NCBI GenBank assembly: GCA_030141605.1 | Contig: JAQGDQ010000004.1 | Location: 1,116,001-1,180,000 of the forward strand | Direction: 5' to 3' | Length of the DNA stretch: 64,000 nucleotides | DNA from: Tubiluchus corallicola | Taxonomy: Eukaryota; Animalia; Priapulida | In this document: positions 1 to 13,965 of the stretch, piece after piece | Layout: each line of letters begins with the position of its first letter | Numbering within the stretch: position 1 is the stretch's first letter | Notes under the pieces: generated by a model | Seen by the model: only the letters and a program-made list of their open reading frames with translations | Told to the model about the DNA's origin: nothing | The model's database searches: none | Made by a program: the position numbers and the translations under genes

Positions 1-252
1 AGCTTGTCATGGCCAAAGAACAGGCTTTAATTTAGAAGTGTCTAAAAGATTGTCTTGGTTCACTCACATAGTAAATATTTTTGATTCAGTGATTCCGTTA
101 AAGGCTTCTTGAATCTATTGTGGAGTTTATAATTGCAAACATTATAAACTAATATTGTTTATTAACTCATAAAAACTGATTAATAACCATATATTCAGTA
201 ACCTGTACTGAGCAAAAGCAAGTTAAGAAAATCTGTTTGTTTAATTTATTAC

Positions 253-3200
253 CATTGTCTTTTCCAGATTTTGATTTTTTCCCTTCATCATCAACAATAT
301 TTTCCAAACCAACATCAGATGGTCTATTAACAAGAGTGACTAGACAGACAACAGCTAGTCCCAAAGAAAACATGCCTAAGAAATAAGTTAATTATATTTA
401 GTACATAAAAATATAGAGAAAAAATATATAAACAAACAAAAAACATTAAATGTTGCAGTGTTACCAATCAACCTAGATCATTTGCACACGAGTTTTTAGG
501 CTTTTAGCTTTTCTAAATTGTGCAATATGATACACAACACAATATTGCCATGAAGTCATGATGACAACATGAAAGAAGCTCTACAATCAAGCTCCTATTC
601 ATTTTTGTATAACGTTTGACCTTACATATGGTGCAGCAGAGAGAGACACATAACTGCAGATACACATTGAGAAACCAAGTGTGTTTGTGAACAATTCAAT
701 GTCGGTAGTACTTTTTTGTCTTTAGGTTTTGATTCAGATTTGGCAAAAAGCTATCAAAGCTATATCAGTGCTACTTTTAGAAAATATACTAATACTAAAA
801 GTTATCTAAATCGTCTAATGAAAAAATGAAACAGCAATAATAAACTTGCTCGAAAAGGAAGCTTGTGACAATAACATTAGGAGCAAGACAATTATTATGC
901 AATTGTATTAAAAGCTCGTACCGGGGATAATTAAACTAGTTTTCCAGCCATAATGGACAATGATGTAAGCAGCTACCAAAGGTGCGATACTACCAGACAT
1001 ATTAGAGCTAGTTGACAGTACACTCCACCATGTACCAAACTGTGATGGCAAATACCACTGAAAAAAGAAAAAACTCAAGCATGAACAAAAGACAATGAAA
1101 ATAACTCTAATAAGTCAAGACAAACTGGAGGTAGTAGAACACATTCTGAGTAAACACATGATCGCAAGTGCACTGTAAAAGAAAACTACACTATAAAAGT
1201 ACACTAGCTATCATGTACTTACTCAGAATTGGTAAGCCTAATTACAAAAATAAGACATTTACGATGAAGGATAAATTTAAATTAAAAGAATAAATGTGAC
1301 TGCTTCTAGAAAAAAAGCAGCCACTTGAAAGTAGCCTCCAGTAGACCAGTTTTGTATAGTTTTAACATTAATAAGGTGATTTGCAACAGTATTTGACAAA
1401 TGTTTACACTGCACAGTATAGAAGTTCAAATTGAAATAGTCAGTTGGGATGTTCGAGTAAGAACGATACTTTCACTTAGACTTTTAGCAGCTAACACATT
1501 CACAAACTAAATGAATGTCTACAAGTGACAATAATTTCCCTAATTCTATTTAAACCAAGTGGCTATTGTTACTGTTATGTCATATATGAATCACTTTTGG
1601 CCACTATATATATATATATATGTAGGAACAATCATGTTAAGTACAGCTTTATTTGCAAGCACGTTTGTATATTACGTGCATTATTGTGCTAGCCTAGTGG
1701 TTTTGTTTTGAATCTGCAGTTGAACCTCCTCGTTTCTAGATGCTAAACATTTAATCACTTGCCTAGCAGTTTGCTTTTGAAGCTCTCGCTGCTTTTCACA
1801 CGGGAAGCAAGGTCATCATCAACTGCAACTCAAGCATTATGTGACTAAGTGTTTTGCATTAAAATGTACAGCATGCAGCAAAAGATTTTTATCAGTATGA
1901 GAATTTTATAAACAAACTTCTTAGTGAAGAAATGAAGCAATTGATCTTGCATGAACTTCTGTATTTTTTAGTGGTAACAATCAGATATGAGTGATTTATT
2001 TATTTATTTTTTATTAATTCAGTTGTATAAATTAGTATTCTTAAACAATAAATTCACATAGGAATTTTGACAATAATTCGCTTCTAAAATTCATTTAAAG
2101 CTTTTGCAATGCATATGTACTAAGGTGATGAGTGATGACTTATATGCCTATAGTAGTAATATACTATACCCGTCAGCTAATTGATTCAGTCAGTTAATTG
2201 GATCACAATACTTCCCAAAGAGAGTCTATTAAGTGCTCACTACTGTAGTTTGAAATTATTTGTCTAAAAGTGCATATTTAAAAACATTATTGTACTTATA
2301 GTAGTGTCAAGCAGCAAACAGAGTAATTTTCACTAAAAACAACCTATAAAACTAACCATAAATCTATGACTTTTTATGACCAGGAAACTACACGATCATT
2401 GAATTGGATGAAGAAGTACAGTAGCATTTTAGTTAGTATTTCAAGTACATAATCTACAACAAGCTTTTTCGCTTGTGAGCACTTTCTTCAAGATATGCAA
2501 GTGATTCAAACAGCATTATTTTAAGCGCTATTTAAAGTACTAATGAGACATATATAACATTTAAAAAGTCCATTCTTTTTATTAAGTAAGTCTAATACCT
2601 GTCGAAGTATTTTTGCACAGGCTGGCCATCCGCATCCCTGAGCTAATCCACAAAGAAACCACAGTGCAGCAAATGTGCCCACAGTGTTGAAAAATGGTAG
2701 ACAAACTACTGCTACTCCACTCAGGAAGATCCCAAAAGAAAACAATATGCGAGCACTGATTTGATCCGACAAAACACCACCAAGAAATTTGCTAATTGCA
2801 TATGCTGTTGTTTGACTACTCACGATCAGACCTTAAAACAGAAAGAATAAATAAATTTGTACACAACTGTAAAGACACCAAGTAAGGACAATATTTTTCT
2901 ACAGTAAATGTTTTACAGCAGCCTTTTACTTTAGTTATGACAATTCAAATTATCTAATTTAATTATGGTTTTCAAAATTAATAGTAATGTGTCACAATTT
3001 AAACACTGTTTCCATCATTATAATTTCAATAATGAGGTGCAATGATCCATGTGCATCATTGATCTAGGTAACTGAAACAAAAATTCCACTTAGCACTAGT
3101 ACCAGTGGCACTAGAAGTATCTAAAACGTGAAAAAATGCTTAACAACATGCAAGGAAATAATCAAACACTGCACACAAGTTACCTAATTGGTTCTTGTCA

Positions 3201-3322
3201 AAACCTTCATCAATAAGCGCCGGAAAAGCGTAAGTAAAAGTTCGTCGATCATACATGTATGTCATATACCCGATAAACATACTCGCGAAAATTATTGTTT
3301 GGTATCGCACAAAAGCATCCAT
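253..3322 (-). CDS. SLC37A4: Glucose-6-phosphate exchanger (MFS, SLC37/OPA family), 5' four coding exons; gene continues beyond the left edge
   Basis: Phase-compatible GT-AG exons 3322-3184 ([36 protein letters not shown]), 2831-2599 ([44 protein letters not shown]), 1057-922 ([26 protein letters not shown]..) and 375-~253 (..[13 protein letters not shown]..). The motifs match remembered G6PT sequence (AYAISKFVSGVLSD, GLAQGLGWP, QFGTWW). The donor at 253 is the least certain boundary. Confidence 0.92.
1660..2245 (-). mobile_element. Truncated copy of the Tigger/pogo-like MITE found intact at 42927-43804 (inverted orientation), in SLC37A4 intron 2
   Basis: 1685-1860 is the reverse complement of ~43318-43510. 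The end CCCAAAGAGAGTCTATTAAGTGCTCACTACTG+TA (to 2245) matches the reverse complement of the left TIR of the 42927 element. The left boundary is approximate. Confidence 0.8.
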
Positions 3323-6299
3323 ACTGATACTAGAGGTGATATTCTTCTAACCTATAGCTATACCAAGAGCGTAATCAATCTGCCAGTTGCTATTGGTTGT
3401 CTAAGCCTTGGCTAGATATCTTAAATTTTCTTTATCTGAATACGTGAAAAAGAAAGCTTCACAGCAGCATAATGAACAAACGCTTTAATAGATGAGCAGC
3501 TGGTCAGTCCACCAAACAAAGGAAAGAACAGTTAACTGAACCGAATAACCTCTTCTTTGTGTTAACTGAAGCGTAGGAACAGCTGACATGAACAATAGAC
3601 CTAGAACTAAAGATCGTTATATCAAAGTATACAAAACAAAGTTGGGAAAGTCCTACTGCGCAGTAGTTCGCGCAGTTAGTGTCGCCCTAGCGGCAGTTCA
3701 GTACGGACTGTTGTTGTCAGGTACGCAACAGCGCAGGCTGTGGGTACTGTAGCAGATGAATTGATGAGACCATCAAAACCTGCCCGGTTAACAGGCGCTC
3801 ATAAATTGCTCAGAGGTGAGTTGCGAAAACACAAATAAAAATATCTTTTTAAATTTCGCAAGGATGCAGCCAGGTAATTATAATAAAATGTTAATTATAA
3901 CACAGTTTTGAAACTTTTGTTACTAGTTAAATATTTTGTACGCTAAGCAAAGACTGCAAGGCCTACATCTCTCTTTGGCGATTTATAGCAGCTGTTATAT
4001 TTTTGAATATTATTTAAAGCAAGCATGAGGCATTAAGAATAATTTGTAGTTAAAATAAAAATTATTATAATCATATCTCATAAAAATTAATAGGCTTATT
4101 TACAAAAGAAGTTAAGAAAGTTGATCAAAAAGAAAGATTGCAAATACCTGGCTCATGTAGTATTCGATTTCTGGAGAAATGTTTTTTCTAAAAAACATTT
4201 CTATTTCATATGTTCTTATCAGGAAATATAACTTGAAGAAATATTAGGCCTGACTTTCATGTGTAATACCTTTCATAGAAAAAAAATCGATTTTTTCAGA
4301 AGAGCAAATAATTTTCCAGAACAAAACTTAATCTAAGCATCTGCATGTTTTGTTAATTCCAAGTTAAAAAATGTTTAAAAAGCATATAATAATACATTGG
4401 CCTTTGTTATGAGTTGGAGTTAGTTATAAAATTACGTTGAACAAGCAGAGATGCATTTACGACATTACTCCTCTTTTTTATTATCAGTGAACAAAAAATA
4501 ACTGAAGGAAACATCAGAGCCGTCATCCTAAGCAGCCGACATAACTTCCACCTCTATAACAACCAACTAACTATGTCAAAACCTAGTTAAAGAATTCAGG
4601 CGAGAAGCATAAATTAGAATCTGCACGCGTGTCATAATACCTTATAATATCATGTGCAGACATTACTTATATTTGGCCTATTTTTTTAAGATTCAGTTAG
4701 GCTTACATCAAAAGAAATGTTCATTAAATACAGTTTGCTTACGTGTAAAAAATGTGCTTGTATAATGTTCTTTTGTTTTGTTTATTAATTAGACTCTTTA
4801 GCATTATTTTAATGCATGTATTTTGCAGCTTGATTCAGGTGCCTATTTGATAGTTTGTTTAAATTTCTGTTTGGCTAGCTTGCTTTTCATTTTATTTAAT
4901 TTGTTTTTTATTATTTTTTATTTAGTATTATTGTTATTATTTTGCATGTTTTTCTCATATTGAGTTATGCATGGACGATATGACAGCTTGAACTTTGATC
5001 ATTTTTTATTCAATTGTACCACATTATTTGGCTTTTGCTTACCATTGCTTTTTGTTTATCATTTTCCTGTATGTTTAGATATCTTTGATTGCATTTTCAT
5101 CCTTCAGTTATTTAAAGTTGATTAGAGAATTTTAAACAGATCAAGTTGCTAAGTAAAATAGTAATAATGTAATTTCACTACTATTCATGAGTGAAATAGT
5201 TACAGTGTCATCCCAATAATCGCATACATCCATTGAAGGATGGCTTGACTAGTTGACCCTCTTGATCTTTCACCACCGTATTTCCATTGTCAAAATTAAA
5301 TAAATTTACTTGCCTCAGTTATATCATGAATATGGAAATAAATGCACATTTTGAATTGAATTGAATTGAATATATGAAGCACTGTATCATGCAATTACTT
5401 GTTGTGTGCATGTGTGTGCGTGCGAATTATTTATATATAAACCTACAATAAAATATATGTGTAATTATATAGATTAATTGCAGGGCACGTAAATGGGTGC
5501 AATTTTTAATGTGCCAAATTCGCTACCTCGCATTGGAGTAAAATGACCTAGAAACAAATGGCAGAACCTTCAAGAAAAGGAAAAGAAGGATCTCTCTCTC
5601 TTTCTTTCTCTTTTCCTCCCTTTCACTGTTTCTCTTCCTCTCCCTCTCTTTTTCTCCCTTCTAAGAGAGGGAGGGAGAGAAAAATCAATAAATCGATAAA
5701 AATGCATTACGTTTTTACATAGTAGGCTGCCCATCATGCAGTCTGCTAGCCTCTTTCCTCAGGAAAAACAATAAAATTTTACTTACAAGAAATTTAACAT
5801 TTTTTTCCTTTTCATGAAATGTTTTCAGTTTTTTTAAACTAATAGTTGCTTTTAATTGAGATATACTTCTTTTATTAAAAACGCAAAAGTGATTTTGGCG
5901 TATCAAAATTGAACGTATGCCAACATTATTGGTGAACTTAAGAATATTATTATTACAGTCAATGCGCCGCAATTTTTTTTACTGATGCCGCCAGCATAGC
6001 CGCTAATCGCAAAAAGGAAATACGTAACAATAGACATCTTTCGTCACCTTCCTCTTTATACACTTTGTTACTTTTGCCCCTCTCCACTGGTGTGGGCCCA
6101 GCGAAAACGATAAAGGCTTAACATCTTCACAGCTTTCACTCATGTACACAATTTTACTGTAGTACAAACAGTTTTGCATAAACATTGATGCTTTCAACAT
6201 TCTTTTCACTACTAATAATATATTCGCATTATCAACTGAAACTCCTGCTGCATTTAAATTTGACTTAACAGACATCCTACATGAAGATGAATTCCATGC

Positions 6300-8050
6300 C
6301 ATCTGGTGTCTTTTTCATCCCTACATATTACATGGACATGAAAAGCCTTATAAATGAGTTCTATAATTTAGTTCAACTTCCATTATTATTTAGCCATCTA
6401 TATTAGCTATCTCATTCTGTTATTCAACTCAGTATATAACAAACACGCATTGTACAGATATTAAATCATTTTGTTGATTGAAAATTTCGCTTGCTAATCT
6501 TTTATTATTTGGCAAAGGAAATAAACTACTTTAATAACTTCCTTGAACGTTTTCTAATACGTCTAATTCACTCTTTTGATGCTTGATCATAATACATAAT
6601 TACCCAGAATTGCATACTAAATTAAGATGATATTTCTGAAAGTCTCATAAAGTATCAGCTTTACTGCAATAGACATTCTTCCAACATTATTAGCATTGGC
6701 CATTGGTCAGCGTAATTTATTAATCCTTTAAATCTATCATTCTCTTTTCTCTTTCCAATCAGCTGATTATATTTTTTGTGTCTTTAGCCAATCGCCAAGA
6801 GAGTGTATGTAATTTTGAGCCTCACTAATGTTGTCTTTACAAATACTTTCATGTAATGTGGAATCCTCTTTTTCTAGTCAACTTAGCACACATAAAGTGA
6901 GTTTTTTAACATTAAACTTTAATTGTTTGAATCTTTCAGTTTCGCTACGTAAATTTTTTTAGCATTTTTAATTACGATTTTCCACAATATCGTAAATATA
7001 CACCATCACTTCATTTGCAAGTTCTGGGATTGCATGTATTACGGTTCTAAAACACTTTTTAATTTTGTCCATTCTTGTAACTGCGTGGCACAACACAGCA
7101 AAACACCTAATGCTGTTCTTAAAGCTTGAATAGCCACAAGTGTTTTATCGTCAGTAATTAATTCTATTTAGTGCTTGTAATTAATTGTATTTTTTATAAT
7201 AATTATGGTAAATCATCTGGTATCTATTTCATCTGTGATTATTTCTTGCCTATAACATGACTGTCACGTTTATAATTTGATTTGTCTTAGCAAAAATAAA
7301 ATCTTCCTTAAGGTAGTTAATTTTATTTTTTAATTTCCAAACTAGTGCCCTAACTTGGATCAATTTGCCCTTAGATGCAATTTTCTACAGTGTTTTTTAT
7401 TTTTGCGTGAAATTAAGATGCAAAGCGAAGGAAAATTGAAAAATACGTTGACTTGGTGGCCGACATATCCTCTATGAAACGTGATGCGCGGTTTGTGACC
7501 ATTTAAATTGGTTGTATCGGTCACTATAAGCCTAAGGGCATAAAAAGTGCATTGAAAATCATACTTGCAAATTGGTCCAAGAAAATGAAGAACCAGCTGA
7601 TCACTGACATCTGCAGGACGCCGACAAACGCATCCTATAATGATCTTCAATAACCTCCATACATGTGAATGGAGTGGACAAGCAAATCATTATATTATAT
7701 AAAAAACATTGTTAAAATAAATTAACTTAATCTATTCTATTATCTTCCTTGTGGAAATAACCTTGTATAAAAGCAGCAAACGATAACCTGTTGTAAAGGT
7801 CTTTCCCAAATTTATGTTAAACACTGTTAAATTTAATTATAATCTACTGGTAACATCCTTCCAAATCTTGGGATACCGAATGTGCATAACTTTAAATTTT
7901 ATAGTACTCATTCTAGTATTTCAAATTTCATTTTTATCCAACATGCACAATTTTATTTTTAAACTTCTAAAAAACGTAAAGTTTTATTAATTCGTTGAGT
8001 CAAACCCAGATTGTAGTTAGCGGAATATTCATTATTGTTGTCTTGCCTGA
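6300..8050 (-). mobile_element. Highly decayed L2/CR1-type LINE reverse-transcriptase C-terminal fragments
   Basis: Broken minus-strand motifs typical of CR1/L2 ORF2 C-termini: SNxLKFNVKKTHFM (~6890-6935), MQFWV (~6600-6620) and YPKIWKDV resembling GPKIWNxLP (~7850-7880). Many stops and frameshifts; boundaries are approximate and other repeats probably intervene. Confidence 0.45.
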
Positions 8051-9556
8051 TCAGTATATGCTTCCACACATAAAGAAGGAAGCTGATACACATGTGATGT
8101 GACTTAGGCTGTGTATAGTGTATTACATACATTGAACAGTAATTTTATTTTATTTTATTATTTTTTATCAAAAGTGTTTTAAAATTTTTGATGGATCTTA
8201 CTGGAATTCTTATTGGAGTGGAAACGCAAAAATTTTATTTCAAGAAAGGTACTTCAAATCAAAAAAAAATCCGTAGACTATTCACGGGATCCATGTTTAT
8301 ATTCTACGTAAATTAGCTTTCAAAGAAGTACTGCAGAAAGAAAAGAAACCGCAAGGAGGACAGCTCCTGACTTACATCAATTTCATCCAAAAAGATCTTA
8401 TTAACACACCATTAGATAGCAAAAGTACAGAGACGTGGGAGGTTGAATAAACATTTCATTGGATGTTAGAAAAGTAGAGAACTGTCACGCAGGTCAGCGC
8501 ATGTTATGGTCATAATTACCGTCATCATCCTCATAGTATTTTATTATATTGACGCCATTTCACATGCATTTACGCTGCAGTCTGCTGTAAGCATTTGCTG
8601 CCTTATGAGAATTGTAACAAATCCTTTTTGCAATTTGCAATCCTTTTCTCATTATAACTGTACTGAAGGTATGGGCTAAGACTGAATCACAAATAAGTGA
8701 TGAACAAAAGAACAGTTGTGAGTTTTGGGCTTCACACAGCTATAACCTTGCTGCCCAGTTTTGCAATTCTGTACTTCATTCTGCATTTTTCTCAGTGTTG
8801 TGTCTTCAACTTGACTTCACTCGACGATTGTGGATTTTTAATGAAAATATAAACTTCCAAAAGCTACATGTTGTACTCTGTACAACAAGCCTGCGTTTTC
8901 AAGAAATTAATTTAATTTATTTTTGAGCAATATTGTTGTGGGTAATTCTAGATCCATGATATTAGCACTGTTGTTGACGTGTGAATTTACGTCATACAGA
9001 GCGCTCCTTTTGGAAAAAATGGTCGAAGAGGGCAGTTAGCTATTAATTATTTAATAAGGTGCCCGAAAATGTCCAGAACACAACAAAGCATAAATCTTAC
9101 CATAATGCTTAGCTTTAAGGGAAATTAACTGTTAGAATGTTAGTGCAGTAGCATTGTAGCCACAAATCACAGGCTCACAGTTATCAAGCTTAAAATAGTT
9201 CGCCAGTAATTCTGCTCTTTGCCTAATAATATCAATCGTTTCGGTATTCAGCCGATTTTTTTCAGTATCTAGATATAAAATGTGTGTTGTTTAGTTTGTT
9301 ATTGAATAATGTTATAGTATACAAAAATAACATTACTGCATGTGTAGGCTACTATTTTTTTCATTCTAAATCAGGTAGTTCAGGTGTTTTTGGAGGTTTC
9401 TTAGCCATTTTATATCTAATCTCGGTTTTTAGCCGACCATGAATGCACTATAATTTGTAGTTTGTGTGGTTTTATTTAGATACTGAGTTGCAGTGCAATT
9501 GTGTCTTTAGTGCTATAATGCTGGTACTGACCCAGTATTGCCATCACTTATTATAC

Positions 9557-9592
9557 TTATATATATATGCTATATATATATATATATATATA
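9557..9592. repeat. (TA)n microsatellite, interrupted
   Basis: TTATATATATATGCTATATATATATATATATATATA read directly. Confidence 0.9.
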
Positions 9593-10224
9593 CTAATATA
9601 TTATGTAGATTATATCAAGGATATTAGTGATACCCGGAATGATGAAAACAACATGATTTCACGACGTTAATTTAGTTTATTTGACTTTGGCAACGAATTT
9701 GCGGCGTTTTTAGGAACTTAGTAGGCGCAAATGCACCAGCCGCGTTTTCCTAAAGGAAAACTGGACCTAATCTTAAACTCTATCTAAAACAATCTACCCA
9801 ATAAAATATTGAAAGCGATTGTACTATAATGTTTTTCAAGAGTGACTTACATGAAGAAGTTATTACCATAGAATGCATTATTTTGCATTTACGCGGTTAT
9901 TTGAAATTTGAATTTTAAACTTAACATTTGTCGAGTTTTGTACATCACACTCCATGTTGTGCAATAACGCTGTACTTCAATTTTCGCTTGCGTCAAACAC
10001 GTGCAACACACTTGTGGAATGTTTGCCCAGTTGAAATCAGTTGTGATGTCATCATTAATTGGATTTCGAAGACCTATCTATCTTGTGTTATAATGGCGTT
10101 ATCATATGCCCCACCATCTACCCACCCCTTACTTTATTCGTTCTCGTTCCAACGACAAGAATTAAAATCACATTTGTTAATTAACGGGACACCATCAGTG
10201 AATTCTACTGGCATTGAGGAAGTT

Positions 10225-10805
10225 TAGCAAAAACACACACAGCAAACCGAAACTTCACGGAGAAATTGACAAAAATAGCAGAATGCTGCCCCCGCCCAGG
10301 GAATCAGGGAACAATGGCTGTAGTGTTGTCTGCTGCTGGCATGCACATGTAAAGAAAGTGAGAAATCAGATAACGATATCATGACTAAATCATCTACCTA
10401 CCTTGCATTATAATAGTGTTATCACGTCTCCTAGCACCTACGTATCCTAAACTTGATAAATTATCATTATAATTATAATAAAAGCCCGAGTACAAAGATA
10501 GTACAAAAAACAACTTTTACAAAAGAATTTTTCTGTTTATTAAAAAAGCTGCCACATATCAAAAATTGTGGCCCTAGCTCAAAAACTGCAGGAGGAAACT
10601 AGCCTAACGAAAAAAACAATAAGCCATGGCCACTCCATGACTTTTGACCCAGGGGTGACGGGCGTAAATGCCCTTCTGGGGAGTGTGCTTTTCTGAGTTT
10701 CGTGCACCTAGCCTTGTGCGTGTTATTAAAGAAACAAAAGGGGGGAAGAATAATAAAAACCGTGGGTAAATCAATAAAATATTCTGTTGTAAGCAGAATT
10801 AATTA
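10225..10805 (-). mobile_element. Probable non-autonomous Helentron-derived (HINE/DINE-1-like) element
   Basis: GC-richer island with a terminal short inverted pair ATTCTG..CAGAAT (10781-10799). Internal motifs (GACTTTTGACCC, GAGTTTCGTGCACCTAGC) resemble the core repeats of the 57113-58334 element. Confidence 0.45.
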
Positions 10806-11266
10806 TAATGTAACTCAGTGCGAGTGCGCTATTTAGGGAGCCCGTGTAGCACACTTGTACATGGGCTAGTGCGCTACTTCGCGTCTAACAAGCATAATTC
10901 CTTATGAAACCGGTTCAAACTTCAAACGCTTATTCTGCTATTCTGCAGCTAAATAACCTTATAAACCAGCTGGTTGTTTGGGTAGTAATTACCTAATTGA
11001 TTATTTTGCAGAGACCGGACAGTATAACTAACTGTTTCAATGTTTATTATAAAAATAATTTCCAACATAATAATAATGTAATGTAACGTTAGCTTAACCA
11101 ACTTGATTTGCTGTTGAAGATGTATGACTATAATATTAGGTATTCGACTAGTAAATTTAGTACATTTAATTTACACGTTAGAATTTACTTCGATTTAGCA
11201 GGGTTTTTGCGGCGACTGATAAAACAACATGTTTATGAAACTGAACTTGCTGACGACAGGGCAATA

Positions 11267-13965
11267 ATGGCATGTGCCGTGACAGTTATCAGTAACATGT
11301 TTTGTCACCCCACTTGCTGCTTGGGGCAATTAATCCCAACTATGCGTCTAGTTATGTGGGCAGTTGTGACCGAAACCTAACTAAGCCTCTAAGACAAGGT
11401 ACTGAATATGTCAGATTGTTAATTTTCTGTACGGTCGAATGTTTATACATCTTTCTTCGACTAAAGAAAACTAAAATCATTACAGCAGCTGAAACTGCTC
11501 AGAAGTGGTGTTTCTGGCAGTGCTATCCATTTATATAACTGACTGCACACACTAAGATTCTGCAGCCCCAATATGATCATTAGTGATGGAAGACTCAAAT
11601 TTCTACATGGTATTACATATTTTTTTTTGGCTTTTTAGGAAGGCAACATTAGCAGACAAAAATGCAGTTCTTGATATTGATGTTGTTATTTATGGTGATT
11701 TATATGACTATCTTCCTTATCACTGGAATTATTTCTTCAGCTGCTGGAACGTTCTAGCATATGTTTGCGAATTTCAAGGAAAAGTGGTGATGTTTACTTA
11801 TTTATTTTTTATTTCTTTATTAAATACATTCACAGCAACCATTACAGCATAGCGCTTCAAAAGACTAATGAATTGGTAATTAATAACATATTTATTATGT
11901 ACCCAATGTACCAAGCACCAATGTGCAAATTTGCGAGCATCCCAAATGAATGCAGATTGAGGAAAGGAAAAAAGAATAAAGTTTACTGCTTATATACAAG
12001 ACTTTATCCCCATAACACCTATGTCATGATCTTAAAGGTTTAGAATAAATTTTATCATTCCTAATAATATTAAGAATTTTACAAACTTTATTTTAATTTT
12101 ATAAAAATATGCAATGAGGAATTTGCAAGCTTAGAAAAAATTACAATCACACAAACTGTGACAAACCAGATTATTTTAATTTAGGTACACATGTTAAGTT
12201 AAAAATCAGAGTTATGTTTTGAGTTGCCAATCTATGGTAAAGTCAAATTAATTTGAGAGAGATGTCTTACAATTTCTTTTGTGAATGCCTAAAATTGCTG
12301 ATAACAAATCGCCCCAAAACTCATCCACGGGATTTAAACAAAATGCTTTCAAAAAATAATTGTGAAATGTACTGCTCTCCTGATAATTTTCAAGAATTCA
12401 AAAGTACTCAATTTAAGTTTCATCCAGTTTATATGAAATGCAGCATCTTGAATAGGGTATTAATAATATTACTCATATGAGAACTGCCATGAATAGGCAA
12501 AAAAGACATGTTGGTAACTGGGTATCTGTGAAAAGCTTGTACTTTAGGAATATTGATTTCTGAGGTAAAATTCATAGCAATTTATCAGCATAGGCTAGAC
12601 TGATACCGTTAACAAAATTTTATTGTATGTGGATGATTTTACTTTCAAAATAAAATCTAGGTTGCAGCAATTTAACACCGTTTACTATATTAGTATATTG
12701 TAAACAGAATTTTATTGTTTGTGGGTGGTTTTACTTTCACTCCATAATCAAGGCTGGAACATTTGTGACTAGTCAAAAGGTTGTGTTCTAAAAACCGGTT
12801 CATAATATTAATGTTGCTATTAATTATTTACAGATTGGCTTTAGGTTTTATACCATAATTGACAATGGTGAAACTATACATGGTCACGCCCGCAGGATTG
12901 ACAGAAAGCACCAGGGCAAGGGTTTAGATTTGCACATGGAAGTATTTTGCATTAGTGAAATAATGACAAAATGGCCAAATGTAAAGAATTTAGTGGGCAC
13001 AACACTGGTGGATGGGAGAACAAACTTATCAGTTTCTTATAAATTCCCTTCTAAAACCAGGCTGGTATGTGATGTGGTAAGTTTTTTGCTTTTGACAGCT
13101 CAAATGAAAAAGACAGAATCTGAGTGAGGCATTAAATCAGAACGGCTGATGCATGCACACCAGCACATTTGCTAGCCCACTGACGTGTAACCGTCTCTTT
13201 GTTTAAATTCTGTTTCTATGATGCCATTACCATGTAATCTATTGAAGTAAAAGTAGGAGTCACATTTATTCTTCGAGTACTATAGTAGCAGCATTCATAA
13301 TTTCAACTTGTTGGGTTAATGTTGTGTGTATTTAGCACTGTGTGTTTAGCTTTATTTCTTTTTCTTAGGAAGCACTATTTTTGAAATACTACAGTGGCAA
13401 GAGCATCAAAGAGAAAATGAAACAGGCTGGGCTACTCCCAGATTTTGTTCATTTGAAGGAGCTAAAGCCCGCAGAGATACAGCAATTGCTGACACTGCCT
13501 GAAGCATATGAAACTATCTTTTCCAATAATGCTGTAATTATTGGATTTCAACAGTACCAATGTGTCAGTGAAAACGTCAAATTTATCTTTGAGGAACATA
13601 CTCCATTTGTATTTGTGGAGGTGCCCCATAGTAAATGTAAGCAGTCCTTAAGCAGCAGTGTCAGTTTCTGTGCCTTACAACAATTACAGCATGATGAAAT
13701 TTTTGCAATTGTTTCCATTTATGCAAAAGATGAAACTAATGCAAAAAAGCATGCATATGCTCAATTATATCGAGTGGCAGCAAGTAGGTGCGGATACAAA
13801 CTGTCATTCGCGTTTCACCTCTTTTGTCCTTTACCAAGGGGTAACTTGTCTCACACTCTAGAACTAGCTGGACTGCAGGAAAACAACTGGCACAATATGA
13901 GTGACCCCCATATTCAGGGCATTCGGGTTCCCATTGCAGATTTACAAATATTCTCCAAATTATAA
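11267..13965 (+). CDS. Histidine N-acetyltransferase / NAT16-like GNAT acetyltransferase (divergent); first coding exon uncertain
   Basis: In-phase exons 11639-11786 (RKATLADKNAVLDIDVVIYGDLYDYLPYHW..CEFQGKV), 12834-13076 (IGFRFYTIIDNGETIHGHARRIDRKHQGKGL..) and 13369-13965 (stop TAA). These parallel remembered NAT16 motifs IYGGLDYLP, IDAGET and ERGKG. Candidate starts are ATG 11267 (strong Kozak) or the in-frame ATG 11586. Confidence 0.75.

Noticed and set aside
1-130. Possible fifth SLC37A4 exon
   Set aside because: Candidate acceptors lead to in-frame stops within a few codons and there is no SPYLW-like motif.
8191-8492. Coding-looking purine-rich stretch starting MDLTGILIGVETQK
   Set aside because: Stops in all frames, no recognisable domain and no supported splice links.
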